A DNA stretch of 64,000 nt from a virus (IMGVR_UViG_3300024259_002152:286867-350866), one strand, 5' to 3'. Shown: positions 29,296-39,198, numbered from the stretch's first letter. The notes: a model not told the origin generated them from the sequence alone. A program made the numbers and translations.

Positions 29296-29632
29296 AAAAA
29301 GAGAAATAGTAAAAAGACTCCAAATGATAGACTTTGAGGGAGAAGTGGAGGAAGTGCTATATACTCTTCAATCTCTTGTGGAATCTTATAAAAAGCAAGA
29401 TTATCTCAGATTCCATATCATATATGGATACGGTAATGGCGATGTGAGCGATGAATATTATCTCTTTGGGACAAGATTAGAAACTGATAAAGAATTTGAA
29501 AAACGACTGGCAAAAGAGAAAAAAGAAAGAGCAGCAAAAAAAACCAAGGTAGATAAAAGAAAAAAAGAAGAAGAACAAAAGGAAAAAGAACTATATAAAA
29601 AATTACATGATAAATATAAGGATGTAGTATGA
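29249..29632 (+). CDS. Lys/Glu-rich hypothetical protein
   Basis: 127-aa ORF. Confidence 0.4.
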   Translation: MILTKGKVRIGMVMAKKREIVKRLQMIDFEGEVEEVLYTLQSLVESYKKQDYLRFHIIYGYGNGDVSDEYYLFGTRLETDKEFEKRLAKEKKERAAKKTKVDKRKKEEEQKEKELYKKLHDKYKDVV

Positions 29633-30048
29633 GTCATATATCGGTGCTACTAGAACAATATAGAATAAAACAGATCTACCGATCTAATGCTAATAAAGAG
29701 GATTTGATCCAATGTGGTCGCAATAATCATGTGCCAGAAGATGAACATTTTCAAAAAAATATGTCTCCAGGTCATCCCTCAATGAACGAACTGCTTAAAG
29801 ATAGTTACCCTCGAAGATGCAAACACTGTGGAGTCCTTTTAAGGCCTGAAGAATGGGAACCTATAGACCCAACTTGCCCACATGTAGAACCTATAGACCC
29901 AACTTGCCCACATGTAGAACCCACAAAATCACAATGTATACATGAAAATATAGGATATTATGGGGATAGACAAGGATGCCGATTCCCACAAAAATGTAAA
30001 CATTGCGGAATACTCTTAAAACCCAAAACATGGACAACAAAACATTAA
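29629..30048 (+). CDS. Cys-rich protein with internal 30-bp tandem duplication
   Basis: PIDPTCPHVE repeated twice. Confidence 0.4.
   Translation: MSHISVLLEQYRIKQIYRSNANKEDLIQCGRNNHVPEDEHFQKNMSPGHPSMNELLKDSYPRRCKHCGVLLRPEEWEPIDPTCPHVEPIDPTCPHVEPTKSQCIHENIGYYGDRQGCRFPQKCKHCGILLKPKTWTTKH
29863..29922 (+). repeat. perfect 2 x 30-bp tandem duplication inside CDS
   Basis: CCTATAGACCCAACTTGCCCACATGTAGAA x2. Confidence 0.8.
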
Positions 30049-30057
30049 GGAGTTGTT

Positions 30058-30366
30058 ATGAAAGTCGTGTTAAAACAAAGTTTCAAAATTGGTACTGATA
30101 TATTGAGATATGTAACGTTATGCAAAGAAATTGATATGCCATTCATGCCACAACTGGGTATATATATAGTAACTAAGCCGTGTTTTGCTGCTCGTCAGGT
30201 GTCTTATGGTACATGGGACGCAGAGACAGAACGGGCAGAGGCATATTTCTGTGAGAAAACATATGGATCTCCTAAAAAGAAACGCAAAGTCCAATTAGCA
30301 GAAACACTGAGATTTGAAGCAGATATTGAAGAATATAAAAAACATGGATGGACAGAAGAAGCATAA
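30058..30366 (+). CDS. hypothetical protein
   Basis: 102-aa ORF. Confidence 0.4.
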   Translation: MKVVLKQSFKIGTDILRYVTLCKEIDMPFMPQLGIYIVTKPCFAARQVSYGTWDAETERAEAYFCEKTYGSPKKKRKVQLAETLRFEADIEEYKKHGWTEEA

Positions 30367-30369
30367 AAC

Positions 30370-30780
30370 ATGGGTAATATCAATACAATTAAAGATAAAG
30401 ATGGAAATGTAATAGGACAAGCTGATCTTGGACTAGCCTGTTACGCAGTGGTTATAGAGATTATAAAAAAATATAATCCAGATAAGACTATTACATTCCC
30501 AAAACCTGGAGAAATAAATGGGTTACTTGAACCAGCCTATGAAAAAGGAAAAGATTATGAAGTAATACAACTCCAAGTATTTATCAATGATAAATCTACT
30601 TTTACAGAAGAAGATATAGAAGCATTTGAGATGGCTGCTGAAAAATGCTTATCACAAAATGAAGAAAAAGGACCAAAGAGAGTCCTGATTGCCGTAAAAG
30701 AATTGATAGAAAAATATGGCGAAATAACGATGGAATATGTGGCAGTAACCCCTCCAAAAATTACTGTTACGAAGGAATAA
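30370..30780 (+). CDS. hypothetical protein
   Basis: 136-aa ORF. Confidence 0.4.
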   Translation: MGNINTIKDKDGNVIGQADLGLACYAVVIEIIKKYNPDKTITFPKPGEINGLLEPAYEKGKDYEVIQLQVFINDKSTFTEEDIEAFEMAAEKCLSQNEEKGPKRVLIAVKELIEKYGEITMEYVAVTPPKITVTKE

Positions 30781-30855
30781 ACAATGAATTATACGTTTAT
30801 ATTAACTAATGGATATATGGAACAACATCATAAATGGTTGTATTGGAAATAGACG

Positions 30856-31743
30856 ATGGAACTAATAGTAGAAACAGATATAGGAAGAGATCCTGATGAT
30901 TTCTTTACCCTCTGCTACCTAATCTCAGCAGGGGTGCAAATAAGGGCTATTACTGTCTCTCCTGGAGATCTAGATCAAGTAGCGGTAGTTAAATTTTTAC
31001 TTAAAGAAGTAGGTCTAACTATACCAGTAGGAGTAGGTAGACTAAATAGAATTAAATCATCAGTAGGAGGAGTTCATACCGAACTACTAAGAAAATATAA
31101 ATTTCCATCTGTTTTTCATGATGATGGTTTCGGACCTATAGTAATAAGAGAAACATTTAATAGATATAGAAATGCAGAACTACTCTGTATAGGACCTCTT
31201 TTGAGCGTAGGAGAATATCTTTCACCTCACTCTTCCCAAAAAATATTCTTTGTTAAAAGAGCAACTATGCAAGGAGGTTTTATAGGATATGATATACATG
31301 GTGTAAAAGTCCCAGAATTAGATAAATTTAAAGGACTTACAACATGCTTAACTTTTAACCTCGGAGGAGATAATGAAGGAGCTATGACGTATATCTCCTC
31401 TAAAATGATTAGAGAACGTAATTGGATAGGAAAAAATATCTGCCATACTATCGAATATGATGAAAATGTTCATAATTTTATCCTGTCCATCAAACCCCAT
31501 GATAGAGCAGGAGAATTATTGAGAGAAGGCATGGGCATGTATCTGGCAAAACATAAATCTAAAAAATTCCATGATCCAACAGCAGCAGTGTGTATGCTTC
31601 ATCCAGAAATAGCTACATGGACAAAAGGTAAAATGTATTATGATAGAGGGAAGTGGGGAGCTACTCTTAATGAAAATGGAGATAATATAGCTATTGATGT
31701 AGATAGATCACAATTATGGAATTTTATCGCGAAAGGAGAATAA
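30856..31743 (+). CDS. inosine-uridine-preferring nucleoside hydrolase family protein
   Basis: N-terminal ETDIGRDPDDFF (DxDxxxDD) signature. Confidence 0.65.
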   Translation: MELIVETDIGRDPDDFFTLCYLISAGVQIRAITVSPGDLDQVAVVKFLLKEVGLTIPVGVGRLNRIKSSVGGVHTELLRKYKFPSVFHDDGFGPIVIRETFNRYRNAELLCIGPLLSVGEYLSPHSSQKIFFVKRATMQGGFIGYDIHGVKVPELDKFKGLTTCLTFNLGGDNEGAMTYISSKMIRERNWIGKNICHTIEYDENVHNFILSIKPHDRAGELLREGMGMYLAKHKSKKFHDPTAAVCMLHPEIATWTKGKMYYDRGKWGATLNENGDNIAIDVDRSQLWNFIAKGE

Positions 31744-31744
31744 T

Positions 31745-31927
31745 ATGATCGCCAAATATAAACATTTTGCTACTGCTGATCTATATTCTGCTGCTACTGA
31801 GTTTATTAACCAAATAGGTGAAGAACGATTGATTACTGTTACATCAAATGCCTATCAATCGAATTCTAGCCCAGGAAACCTAAGAAACGGGGAAAAAGTT
31901 ACTGTTTGGTACTGGGGAGAAAAATAA
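31745..31927 (+). CDS. hypothetical protein
   Basis: 60-aa ORF. Confidence 0.3.
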   Translation: MIAKYKHFATADLYSAATEFINQIGEERLITVTSNAYQSNSSPGNLRNGEKVTVWYWGEK

Positions 31928-32196
31928 ACACCATGAAAAGTCCTAAATGTAGTAAATTAATGAAAAAAAGACATGGAGAAGATCTTCCTAAATTTACTAG
32001 GTGTATCCAATGCTTTTGGAGTTTTATATGCGATGATAAATTCGGGAAAAATACCTTTTGGGACGATACCTTCTGTCATTATAAAAAATCAAGATTCCAA
32101 GAACATGATAAAAAACCCAAAAAATATGTGAGCCATACTAGCTATTGTAATTATCCCAATGATCCGTGTTGTTGCGATTTGAATTATGGCGGATAA
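31906..32196 (+). CDS. Cys-rich hypothetical protein
   Basis: 96-aa ORF. Confidence 0.35.
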   Translation: MVLGRKINTMKSPKCSKLMKKRHGEDLPKFTRCIQCFWSFICDDKFGKNTFWDDTFCHYKKSRFQEHDKKPKKYVSHTSYCNYPNDPCCCDLNYGG

Positions 32197-32219
32197 AATT
32201 ATAGACTAAAGGAGAATCT

Positions 32220-32426
32220 ATGATATTTGGGAAAACATATTCACAACGATTGAGAGAAAGAGATGAGATCAAAGAAAAACAATCAAAAGAAATTAAGTGG
32301 TTTGCCTGGAGACCAGTTGAGTTAAAGGATGGACGAATTGTATGGCTACAATATGTATATCGAACCTATCGATATGGTCGGATCTCAGGGCGGCGGTACT
32401 GGGTATATTCAACTAGAAAAAAATAA
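32220..32426 (+). CDS. hypothetical protein
   Basis: 68-aa ORF. Confidence 0.35.
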   Translation: MIFGKTYSQRLRERDEIKEKQSKEIKWFAWRPVELKDGRIVWLQYVYRTYRYGRISGRRYWVYSTRKK

Positions 32427-32456
32427 ATTATATCTAACTCGAAAGGAAAATAACCT

Positions 32457-32675
32457 ATGATCTTTCTGAAAAAAAAGACAAAAAAAGAATGGACAATTAC
32501 TGCAAAAGAAGCAAAAGCACTAGCCAAAGAACTCGACTATATAGCAGATGAAGCTAATAGTCATAACTGTGCCTATCCCTCAAGAGTAATATTTGCGGGA
32601 GATCCAGATAATCTCAAAATCCCAAAACGTAGAGAATTTAGAATAGTAGCATTGCCAGATCAGGAGGTAGAATGA
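32457..32675 (+). CDS. hypothetical protein
   Basis: 72-aa ORF. Confidence 0.35.
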   Translation: MIFLKKKTKKEWTITAKEAKALAKELDYIADEANSHNCAYPSRVIFAGDPDNLKIPKRREFRIVALPDQEVE

Positions 32676-33088
32676 AAATCATATCAAAAAACACTATTAA
32701 AACAATGGAAGGCTATGAAGATATTCCACTATTCCTCGATGTCTTTAAACTAGAGCCTCAATATGAAGAAGATGAAGAGGGGAAACTGAGATTTAAACCA
32801 AATTCTGTAATAAAATATCTTCTTGATTATCATAAAATACAAACAATGATGACCTGCGAGAGCGGAGGGCTTGCAATTGTATGGGAAGATGCAGAAAAAG
32901 GAGAATATACCCTTAGAGAAATGATCGAACTCTATATCCATATGGGATACTCCCTCTGCGGATTTACAGCGATATTCGGGGAGGCAATGGACAAAGTCCT
33001 AAATATCGAAAGAGATGACGAGGGAGGAGTTATATCTAAATATGGACCAAGCACCATCTCAAAAGAATTTGTAGATCAACCAATCTAA
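32672..33088 (+). CDS. hypothetical protein
   Basis: 138-aa ORF. Confidence 0.4.
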   Translation: MKIISKNTIKTMEGYEDIPLFLDVFKLEPQYEEDEEGKLRFKPNSVIKYLLDYHKIQTMMTCESGGLAIVWEDAEKGEYTLREMIELYIHMGYSLCGFTAIFGEAMDKVLNIERDDEGGVISKYGPSTISKEFVDQPI

Positions 33089-33105
33089 TCCTATGGAGAA
33101 TAATA

Positions 33106-33336
33106 ATGAGTATCGAATTTGAATATGAATGTAGAGAAGGAAATCTTAATCCAGAACATAGATTAATCTATCTCTACAGTAGAGTGAATGGGGCAGATAA
33201 AACATTGGGCTATTTATGGATGTCACAAGAAGAATTTGATCGCTTCTGTATTCTTATGGCCAAAGGTAAAGTATTCGAAGAGTTTGAAGAAGCCTTTAGA
33301 GATACTATAAAAGAAAAACTAATCGGAACAGGATAA
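33106..33336 (+). CDS. hypothetical protein
   Basis: 76-aa ORF. Confidence 0.35.
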   Translation: MSIEFEYECREGNLNPEHRLIYLYSRVNGADKTLGYLWMSQEEFDRFCILMAKGKVFEEFEEAFRDTIKEKLIGTG

Positions 33337-33340
33337 TTAT

Positions 33341-33526
33341 ATGATAGAACCATCATCCCCTAATATCTCAATGTCTGGAGAATTAACTACCTTCGCAGAA
33401 ACAGCAATGACTATATTTAAGTATGGAATTATAATCTTAGCAATAGTCGTCTGCATATCACTGATTGCTAATTTAATTGGAAAGAGAATAAAAAACGGAG
33501 ATAATGATGAAAATACTAGAAATTGA
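33341..33526 (+). CDS. small membrane protein
   Basis: TM helix. Confidence 0.3.
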   Translation: MIEPSSPNISMSGELTTFAETAMTIFKYGIIILAIVVCISLIANLIGKRIKNGDNDENTRN

Positions 33527-33731
33527 ATATTGTAATTCTTGTCCTTATTTTGAATGCTATTTTCTTGATAGTAAAAATTTTACCCTATTGTGTAAAAAAT
33601 GCACCGAACGCACTATAAAACATTATGATGTAGAGAGTGAAGAATATCAAAATATAATTATGAATCGGGATAAAGTGGCTTCTATTACTCCTCCCGAATG
33701 GTGCCCACTACCAGATAAAATCACTGATTAG
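33504..33731 (+). CDS. zinc-ribbon protein
   Basis: CNSCPYFEC...CKKC. Confidence 0.35.
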   Translation: MMKILEIEYCNSCPYFECYFLDSKNFTLLCKKCTERTIKHYDVESEEYQNIIMNRDKVASITPPEWCPLPDKITD

Positions 33732-33838
33732 TAGATTTTTAAACAAATATACCATGGCGATCATGGTGGAACAAAGTGGAAAAGAATGGCAATCAGTGGA
33801 AAAAAGTAGAAAAAACCCACTTTTTACTACTTTAACCC

Positions 33839-33866
33839 TTGACAAAACCCAAATACCCCCTATAAT
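33839..33866 (+). promoter_or_regulatory. consensus sigma70-type promoter TTGACA-N16-TATAAT
   Basis: exact hexamers; upstream AGTGGAAAA repeats and CCATGGCGATCATGG palindrome. Confidence 0.6.
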
Positions 33867-33923
33867 ACATATTGATTTGTCCAAAATATTTTAATAAATA
33901 AATCTAAAAGAAAGCAACTTATA

Positions 33924-34193
33924 ATGTTCTATGTATGTATAGAAAGAAAAAATAGGGAAAGAACTGTAGCATCATCAGCTACAAGTAAAATTAAACTTGA
34001 TAGAACCCTACAAGCACTAATAATAGAAGGACCAAGGAATGCTGTGACAGAATATACTTCAGAATTTGACTCTGCCTTCTTCACAGAATCAGATGAAATA
34101 GCTATTAACTTCCTACTCAGAAGACCAATCGATACAAGTAAAATTAGAGATAAAATATTTACTCCAAAATGGGAAGAAAGAAAACAAAGATAA
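33924..34193 (+). CDS. hypothetical protein
   Basis: 89-aa ORF behind consensus promoter. Confidence 0.4.
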   Translation: MFYVCIERKNRERTVASSATSKIKLDRTLQALIIEGPRNAVTEYTSEFDSAFFTESDEIAINFLLRRPIDTSKIRDKIFTPKWEERKQR

Positions 34194-34206
34194 GGAATAA
34201 ATCATT

Positions 34207-34728
34207 ATGTGCTTATCCACTGTAATGACAGATAAAGAAATGAAAAAAGAAGTAGCTACAATACCTAGAGAAGGGATAGTAGTCTATAAAATGGTGCAGG
34301 TAGGTAAAGAAGTATATATGACTGTAATTAAAAACGGAGTAAAAAATTTGGTAGTAGATAATAGATACTATCCAGTATTTTTCGGAAACGATCCGTATAA
34401 AGAAGGGGTAAATAAAGCCTGTACCGAACATAAACCATGGACAAGCCATCAAACACAAACAGATATAATAGATGGAGTAAAATATATAAGAAATGTAACA
34501 TATGAGTCAGGATTTCATTTCTATAAAACAAAATCTGCAGCAAAATCTCACCTAAAAGGACTTACAGAATGTAACACAAGAGATTATTGTCACCCCTGCT
34601 CAAGATATACTGTTATCGAATGTATTGTTAAAAAATCATGGATAACTGCCATAGGAACAGAAAATATTCTAAAACAATCAGAAGATGTTATTGTCGCTAA
34701 AAAAGCAATATTTCCGAAAGCAGCATAA
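34207..34728 (+). CDS. hypothetical protein
   Basis: 173-aa ORF. Confidence 0.4.
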   Translation: MCLSTVMTDKEMKKEVATIPREGIVVYKMVQVGKEVYMTVIKNGVKNLVVDNRYYPVFFGNDPYKEGVNKACTEHKPWTSHQTQTDIIDGVKYIRNVTYESGFHFYKTKSAAKSHLKGLTECNTRDYCHPCSRYTVIECIVKKSWITAIGTENILKQSEDVIVAKKAIFPKAA

Positions 34729-34937
34729 TGCCTGATAAAGAACTATACAATATAATAGATCAATATGGACTACCAAGAGATGAAGTCTCCTGCCCATCAT
34801 GCGGACATCTCTATGGAACTCATAACAGACTAGTCTGCTCGACATGCGAAGAATGCTCCAAATGCTGTCACTGCCCAAAACCTAATCACATCAATCCTGA
34901 TGATTTTGTAGGTAAATATTTATTATCAGAAGAATAA
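34728..34937 (+). CDS. Cys-rich protein
   Basis: 69-aa ORF. Confidence 0.35.
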   Translation: MPDKELYNIIDQYGLPRDEVSCPSCGHLYGTHNRLVCSTCEECSKCCHCPKPNHINPDDFVGKYLLSEE

Positions 34938-34938
34938 T

Positions 34939-35433
34939 ATGTTCTACCAAAACCAAAAAAATATAAATACTATAGGGTGGTTGTTGATTGTAATAAACCT
35001 CCTCATAACAATATCTATAGGAATGAAATTTGGAATTATCTTTATTCTCCCTGTTCTAATAGGTATTATTATAACTGTTCTTGTATATAAGAAAAATACT
35101 AAAATTGGTAATATCCTCTGCACAAATTGTAAATACTTCAAAATCTCAACTATAGATACACTTTCAGAATGCTTAGCCCCCGAAAATACTAAAATAGATG
35201 ATACTTCACTAGGAACTATGAAAGTAAAAACAAAAATACAAATACAAACTAATGAAAATTTAAATGAAAATAATGACTGTAAATTCTATAAATATGATTG
35301 CAGCCTTTATGCAATAGATGAAGAACATGCGTCAGAAATATGCTGGGAAACAGGAGCAATATTTACAGTAATAACTATTTTTCTAACTTTTATTGCTCTG
35401 ACTATAAGATTAGTATTCGTAATGCCAAAATAA
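34939..35433 (+). CDS. membrane protein
   Basis: three TM helices. Confidence 0.4.
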   Translation: MFYQNQKNINTIGWLLIVINLLITISIGMKFGIIFILPVLIGIIITVLVYKKNTKIGNILCTNCKYFKISTIDTLSECLAPENTKIDDTSLGTMKVKTKIQIQTNENLNENNDCKFYKYDCSLYAIDEEHASEICWETGAIFTVITIFLTFIALTIRLVFVMPK

Positions 35434-35593
35434 ATAATAAGGAATAATACTATGAAACTACTCGATAAATTCGAAAAACACTGGCATAAATATGAAAAAA
35501 TCTATAACAAAGCTTTCTGGATATTTATTATATCTATACTTGCAATTATTGCCATAGGATGGATAGGTATATTTATTTAAATCGCGGAGAAAA

Positions 35594-36403
35594 ATGATGA
35601 ACCCTACCCCCTCAAATGATCTTCCAGAAAATGCTCAAGCATATGGGAAAAGAATCGGACAAAATTTTGTTAAAAAATTTGATGCGAAAGAACAATCCTA
35701 TAACCTTAATGCAAGAGGACTACAAACAGGTAAAGCAGCTACTGCTATAGCAGAAATGTTATACCAATGCTATAAAAAAGAACAAGAAACAAACTGCGGA
35801 GAATTACTGAATAAATGGATAGCTGAACACCTGTGGGCAATTATACTACTAGACTATATGCCTAAACTACAAAAAATATGGCAATATCTATATGATAATA
35901 AATATAATAAAAGTCATACTCTGCCCTATGGAGATGCAGATGGAAATATATGGGTAGAATACCCTAAACAAATATCTAAATGGACAGATAATAGAAAAAT
36001 CCTTATACATACCTCTCATTGCACTATGGCCGATGATAATACTCATATCTTTATGATGGATAAAGATAGTGCTCTAAATACCCTAGAAATTAGAACTGTA
36101 TGGCCAAGACAAAATCTTAAAGGCGGATATAAAGTAGAAAAATCAGAAGAATATCCAAATGGATGGTTCTCGTGGGGAGATGATAGAGATGTTAAAATAC
36201 CTTCTCTGCAAACCTATAGAGATAGAAATTTCGAATATGGATACCATGATGCAACAGATAAAGGATATGTCGTAACTCTACAAACTATTGGAGAACCAAA
36301 AGCAAAAAGAGCAGATATATATCAACAAGAAATACAACATGCCGTATGGCTTATTAATATTATGGAAAATGTCATAGAAGATAAAGTCAATACTAAACCC
36401 TAA
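35594..36403 (+). CDS. hypothetical protein
   Basis: 269-aa ORF. Confidence 0.45.
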   Translation: MMNPTPSNDLPENAQAYGKRIGQNFVKKFDAKEQSYNLNARGLQTGKAATAIAEMLYQCYKKEQETNCGELLNKWIAEHLWAIILLDYMPKLQKIWQYLYDNKYNKSHTLPYGDADGNIWVEYPKQISKWTDNRKILIHTSHCTMADDNTHIFMMDKDSALNTLEIRTVWPRQNLKGGYKVEKSEEYPNGWFSWGDDRDVKIPSLQTYRDRNFEYGYHDATDKGYVVTLQTIGEPKAKRADIYQQEIQHAVWLINIMENVIEDKVNTKP

Positions 36404-36613
36404 CTAATTTCGCGGAAAATAATGTAAACCCAAACTACTACTAAAATGAATATATTCACTAACCTAATAGAAGCATTCGATAAAGCATGGAAACATCTAT
36501 CTAATACTAATAAAGTAATAATAACTACTCTACTTATTATACAAGCTATAAATGGACTACAAATAATCATAAGTATAATAAAATACATAACTTATAGTAT
36601 ATTATGATAGGAA

Positions 36614-36982
36614 ATGATAATGGAAGTAAATGAATCACTATACCCTAAGGCAGTATGTATCTTCTGTGAGCATTGTGTAGATGAAGAAGGAGATGAAGAA
36701 TTTGTCTTTCAATCAGATTGTGATACCTATCTATGTAAAAAACATCCCACTCAAAGAACTATTCATCCTGTTACTGGAAAACCTTGCTATGCCTTTCAAC
36801 ATGAAGAACATATAGAATGGAATGTAGGAAGTAAATATAAATTATGTATACATGTTAATCATGATGGACAATGCTCACATTTCTCCAAAATAGGAGAAAA
36901 AGAACAAAAAGAAAGGAAATTGTCAGTAGGTGAGCAAGAAGAAGTAGTAGAAGTAGAAGAAGTAGAAGAAGGAAATATATAG
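36614..36982 (+). CDS. Cys/His-rich protein with acidic tail
   Basis: 122-aa ORF. Confidence 0.4.
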   Translation: MIMEVNESLYPKAVCIFCEHCVDEEGDEEFVFQSDCDTYLCKKHPTQRTIHPVTGKPCYAFQHEEHIEWNVGSKYKLCIHVNHDGQCSHFSKIGEKEQKERKLSVGEQEEVVEVEEVEEGNI

Positions 36983-37202
36983 TGTTCCACGTGGAACAAT
37001 TGTAGTAGGTTATAGGAAAAATGGAAATTCCTGGCACCAAAATAGGAAATTCATTATATCAATTTTTTGGTTCTATATAGAAAAATTAGCGTTTCATTAC
37101 ACTAAAATTTTTGGTTCTCGGTGGACCTTTAAAAAATGGATCAAAAATTCCCCAAAAAATAATAGATTTTTTTATTAAAATTTTCAATAAAGGAGAAATA
37201 AA

Positions 37203-37333
37203 TTGTCTGGAAAATCGATAGTGTCGATAAATTCCAGACCACGAGAAAACACTTGCAAAAGTGATTAGTAAATGGTAAAATAGAGAAGAATCGATAGTCT
37301 GGAAAAAATAGGAGCAAAAATAATTCCAGACAA
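37203..37333. promoter_or_regulatory. cluster of four promoter-box copies in both orientations with ATCGATAGTGTCGAT palindrome
   Basis: 37203-12 and 37295-304 on minus, 37232-40 and 37324-33 on plus. Confidence 0.45.
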
Positions 37334-37382
37334 GTATTTTACCATCACCCCTTGATTTCCCCCTAGGAGAAAGGTTTTTGAG

Positions 37383-38102
37383 ATGATTGAGATTATGTAC
37401 TCACCAGAAGATGTAGGCAAAGAAGTTAAAAATAGTCATGGAAAACATACAATAATTAGAAAATACCATATGACAGAAAAAGAAAAGGAGATAGCACGAA
37501 ATAAGTGGTTAGTAATAACAGCAAAAATAAATAAAAGAATAGTTAAGCAAGCAGGAGATTTATTTTATAATCCATACCGAAAGGGAGTATATTACTATCA
37601 GATCTATTCTATGTTCTTATTAGGAGCTAATAAATGGCATAGTTTAAATGCTGTCCTAAAGAAGATGGAAAGTATTATGTCAAAGATAGTAGTTAAAAAA
37701 GATGGATATCAGATAACAGCATGGGACAAATTTCGAGGTAAGGGTAGCAGAGACAGTGCTATCAGATGTAAAGATTTTGTTGGCAGGGTGCAGGAGAATA
37801 TGGTATTCTTTCAACGTCTTACTAGACTACATCCTTATGGTTATAAGCTATGGCAGGTTGGTTCTGCTGTAGATATTAAGAGAGTAAGTAGAAGAGGGTT
37901 TGTAAGTGGTTGTTATTACTACAGGTTATCTACTTATGGCACATCAAAAGAAGCATTACCTATAAGAGATTATAGAGAATTTAACTTTCCTCAGCATGAG
38001 AGGAAATATGTTAGTTATAAGTTCATTGGGACTGTTATCACTAAAGATAAAGTCATAACTGAAGGGAAAATAAATGAGATGTCACAAATGCAATCAGGAT
38101 AG
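37383..38102 (+). CDS. hypothetical protein
   Basis: 239-aa ORF. Confidence 0.45.
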   Translation: MIEIMYSPEDVGKEVKNSHGKHTIIRKYHMTEKEKEIARNKWLVITAKINKRIVKQAGDLFYNPYRKGVYYYQIYSMFLLGANKWHSLNAVLKKMESIMSKIVVKKDGYQITAWDKFRGKGSRDSAIRCKDFVGRVQENMVFFQRLTRLHPYGYKLWQVGSAVDIKRVSRRGFVSGCYYYRLSTYGTSKEALPIRDYREFNFPQHERKYVSYKFIGTVITKDKVITEGKINEMSQMQSG

Positions 38103-38640
38103 TATAAAGATTGATAATGGACATATTATTTGTGAGATATGTGGTTTAGATATAGATGTTAGTTCTTTAGAAGATCCATTATTTGATTTATTCTTCTATA
38201 ATGAAAATTTGCAAGAAGCAGAGAAGTTAGGTAAGGAGTCGTATATAGAGGGTAAGGACATGGGAGATAATCCTTATTCTATTGCTTCTGATCAGCTTAT
38301 GCTTAATAAGAGGTGGGAGGCAGGTTATAGCACCGAAAGGGATATAGAGGAAAAAGAGGCATTATTAATTTCTGCCGAAAATTTAAAAAATGTCCTTGAA
38401 AAACTAGAAAAACTACAAACTGCTATAAAAGAGAAGGAACAAGTCTCTGATCAGACCATAGAAGAACTAAGAGAAGGTAATTCTATTCTCGTAGAAAGAA
38501 TAGATAATCTTAATTCTCTTTGTGTTAATTTAGAGAAGATAGTTAAAAGAGTTAAGATACTAGAAAAGACAAAATATCTCCTTCCTGGGCGATACAGGAG
38601 GGAAATAGCTAAGATTACGATAAAAATTCCAGACAAGTGA
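38074..38640 (+). CDS. zinc-ribbon/coiled-coil protein
   Basis: CHKCN...CEICG; promoter box overlaps 3' end. Confidence 0.4.
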   Translation: MRCHKCNQDSIKIDNGHIICEICGLDIDVSSLEDPLFDLFFYNENLQEAEKLGKESYIEGKDMGDNPYSIASDQLMLNKRWEAGYSTERDIEEKEALLISAENLKNVLEKLEKLQTAIKEKEQVSDQTIEELREGNSILVERIDNLNSLCVNLEKIVKRVKILEKTKYLLPGRYRREIAKITIKIPDK

Positions 38641-38665
38641 TTTTTTATAATGGTATAATGTGGCA
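38627..38665 (+). promoter_or_regulatory. promoter box overlapping 3' end of upstream CDS
   Basis: TTCCAGACAAGTGA. Confidence 0.45.
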
Positions 38666-38697
38666 ATAGTAAAAGCAGTTATATTAGGAGAAAAATC

Positions 38698-39198
38698 ATG
38701 AGTGACTTTCAGAGTAAAGCTAATGAAGTAGTAACATATGGAGCATTGGGTTTTGGAGCAAGTATAGTTGTATGTTTTATAATTGTTTGGTATCCTGCTT
38801 TAATGCTAACATTATCGGCTGTTGATCATATGTGTGATTGGAAGAATGTAACGACATTTCGTGAGCAGGGGTATTCTCGTCAAATGCCTGAAGGTTATTA
38901 TGGAGAATATCTTGGTTTGTCTGACGCTGAGGCTCGTGCAAAGTATGCAAAAAGTTTAGATGATCCAATTGTTCTTATAGATGAAGATAAATTTAATAGT
39001 GCCTGTTGGGCAGGAGTTATAATAGGGATTATTATATGGGGGTTTCTTGTCTTTTTAGTTAAGAATATAAAGGACACATGGCCTATTGTGGTAGGTTTGT
39101 ATGTGTTTTCTTTCTATCCTTTCATGAAGTGGATAGGATGGGCAATAGACTCTGATGCTGGTCGTTTTCCTGGTGTTGATTGGATACCATGGTGGTAA
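38698..39198 (+). CDS. membrane protein
   Basis: multiple TM helices. Confidence 0.4.
   Translation: MSDFQSKANEVVTYGALGFGASIVVCFIIVWYPALMLTLSAVDHMCDWKNVTTFREQGYSRQMPEGYYGEYLGLSDAEARAKYAKSLDDPIVLIDEDKFNSACWAGVIIGIIIWGFLVFLVKNIKDTWPIVVGLYVFSFYPFMKWIGWAIDSDAGRFPGVDWIPWW

Noticed and set aside
30271-30291. Exact SV40 large-T nuclear localisation signal PKKKRKV in ORF 30058-30366
   Set aside because: Seven-residue basic match in a bacteriophage protein is most likely coincidental; no biological rationale in a prokaryotic host.
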